14,880 nucleotides of DNA from a virus. The notes beneath the pieces were generated by a model, which worked only from the letters and a program-made list of their open reading frames with translations, made no database searches and was not told the DNA's origin. This document shows positions 14,872-14,880 of this stretch, piece after piece. The first letter of the stretch is position 1. Every line of letters begins with the position of its first letter. Made by a program: the position numbers and the translations under genes. The stretch spans positions 1 through 14,880 of the IMG/VR virus record IMGVR_UViG_3300045988_179254, one strand, 5' to 3'.

Positions 14872-14880
14872 GATATAAAG

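Overview
The window is most of a small φ29-like podovirus genome: AT-rich, with a protein-primed family B DNA polymerase and a terminal protein. Genes on the - strand, in transcription order, are small early ORFs (13487 to 12279), a possible ssDNA-binding protein, terminal protein, DNA polymerase, holin, GH25 lysozyme, M23 peptidase/tail-tip protein, scaffold, major capsid protein with a C-terminal Ig-like domain, tail/distal knob protein, upper collar/portal, lower collar and an SGNH-hydrolase-like receptor-binding protein. The packaging ATPase is the only + strand gene (13774-14803). Main finding: the genes that look broken (tail protein, terminal protein, DNA polymerase, ATPase) are all interrupted by +1 frameshifts, and every shift falls exactly on an in-frame CGG codon. 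I count 14 in-frame CGG codons and all 14 need a +1 shift. I found no in-frame CGG read as Arg and no frameshift away from CGG. About 25 out-of-phase CGG trinucleotides in the same coding strands cause no disturbance. Reading CGGN as one 4-nt unit restores continuous proteins of φ29-like length (polymerase 588 aa, terminal protein 253 aa, ATPase 340 aa). At most sites the inserted residue aligns with a conserved glycine, including the Walker A glycine (GER[G]CGKS). This looks like obligate, genome-wide +1 recoding (a quadruplet CGGN=Gly codon, or C-skipping at an unassigned CGG) and not random error, though artefact must be excluded. Second finding: a pRNA-like structured RNA of about 108 nt with its own promoter lies directly upstream of the ATPase. 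It has the asymmetric-bulge hairpin of φ29 pRNA and a 6-nt bulge complementary to a downstream loop. I also report a nearly identical outward-facing promoter block at both window ends, a divergent early/pRNA control region containing a 10+10 bp palindrome, and a terminator hairpin after the capsid gene.
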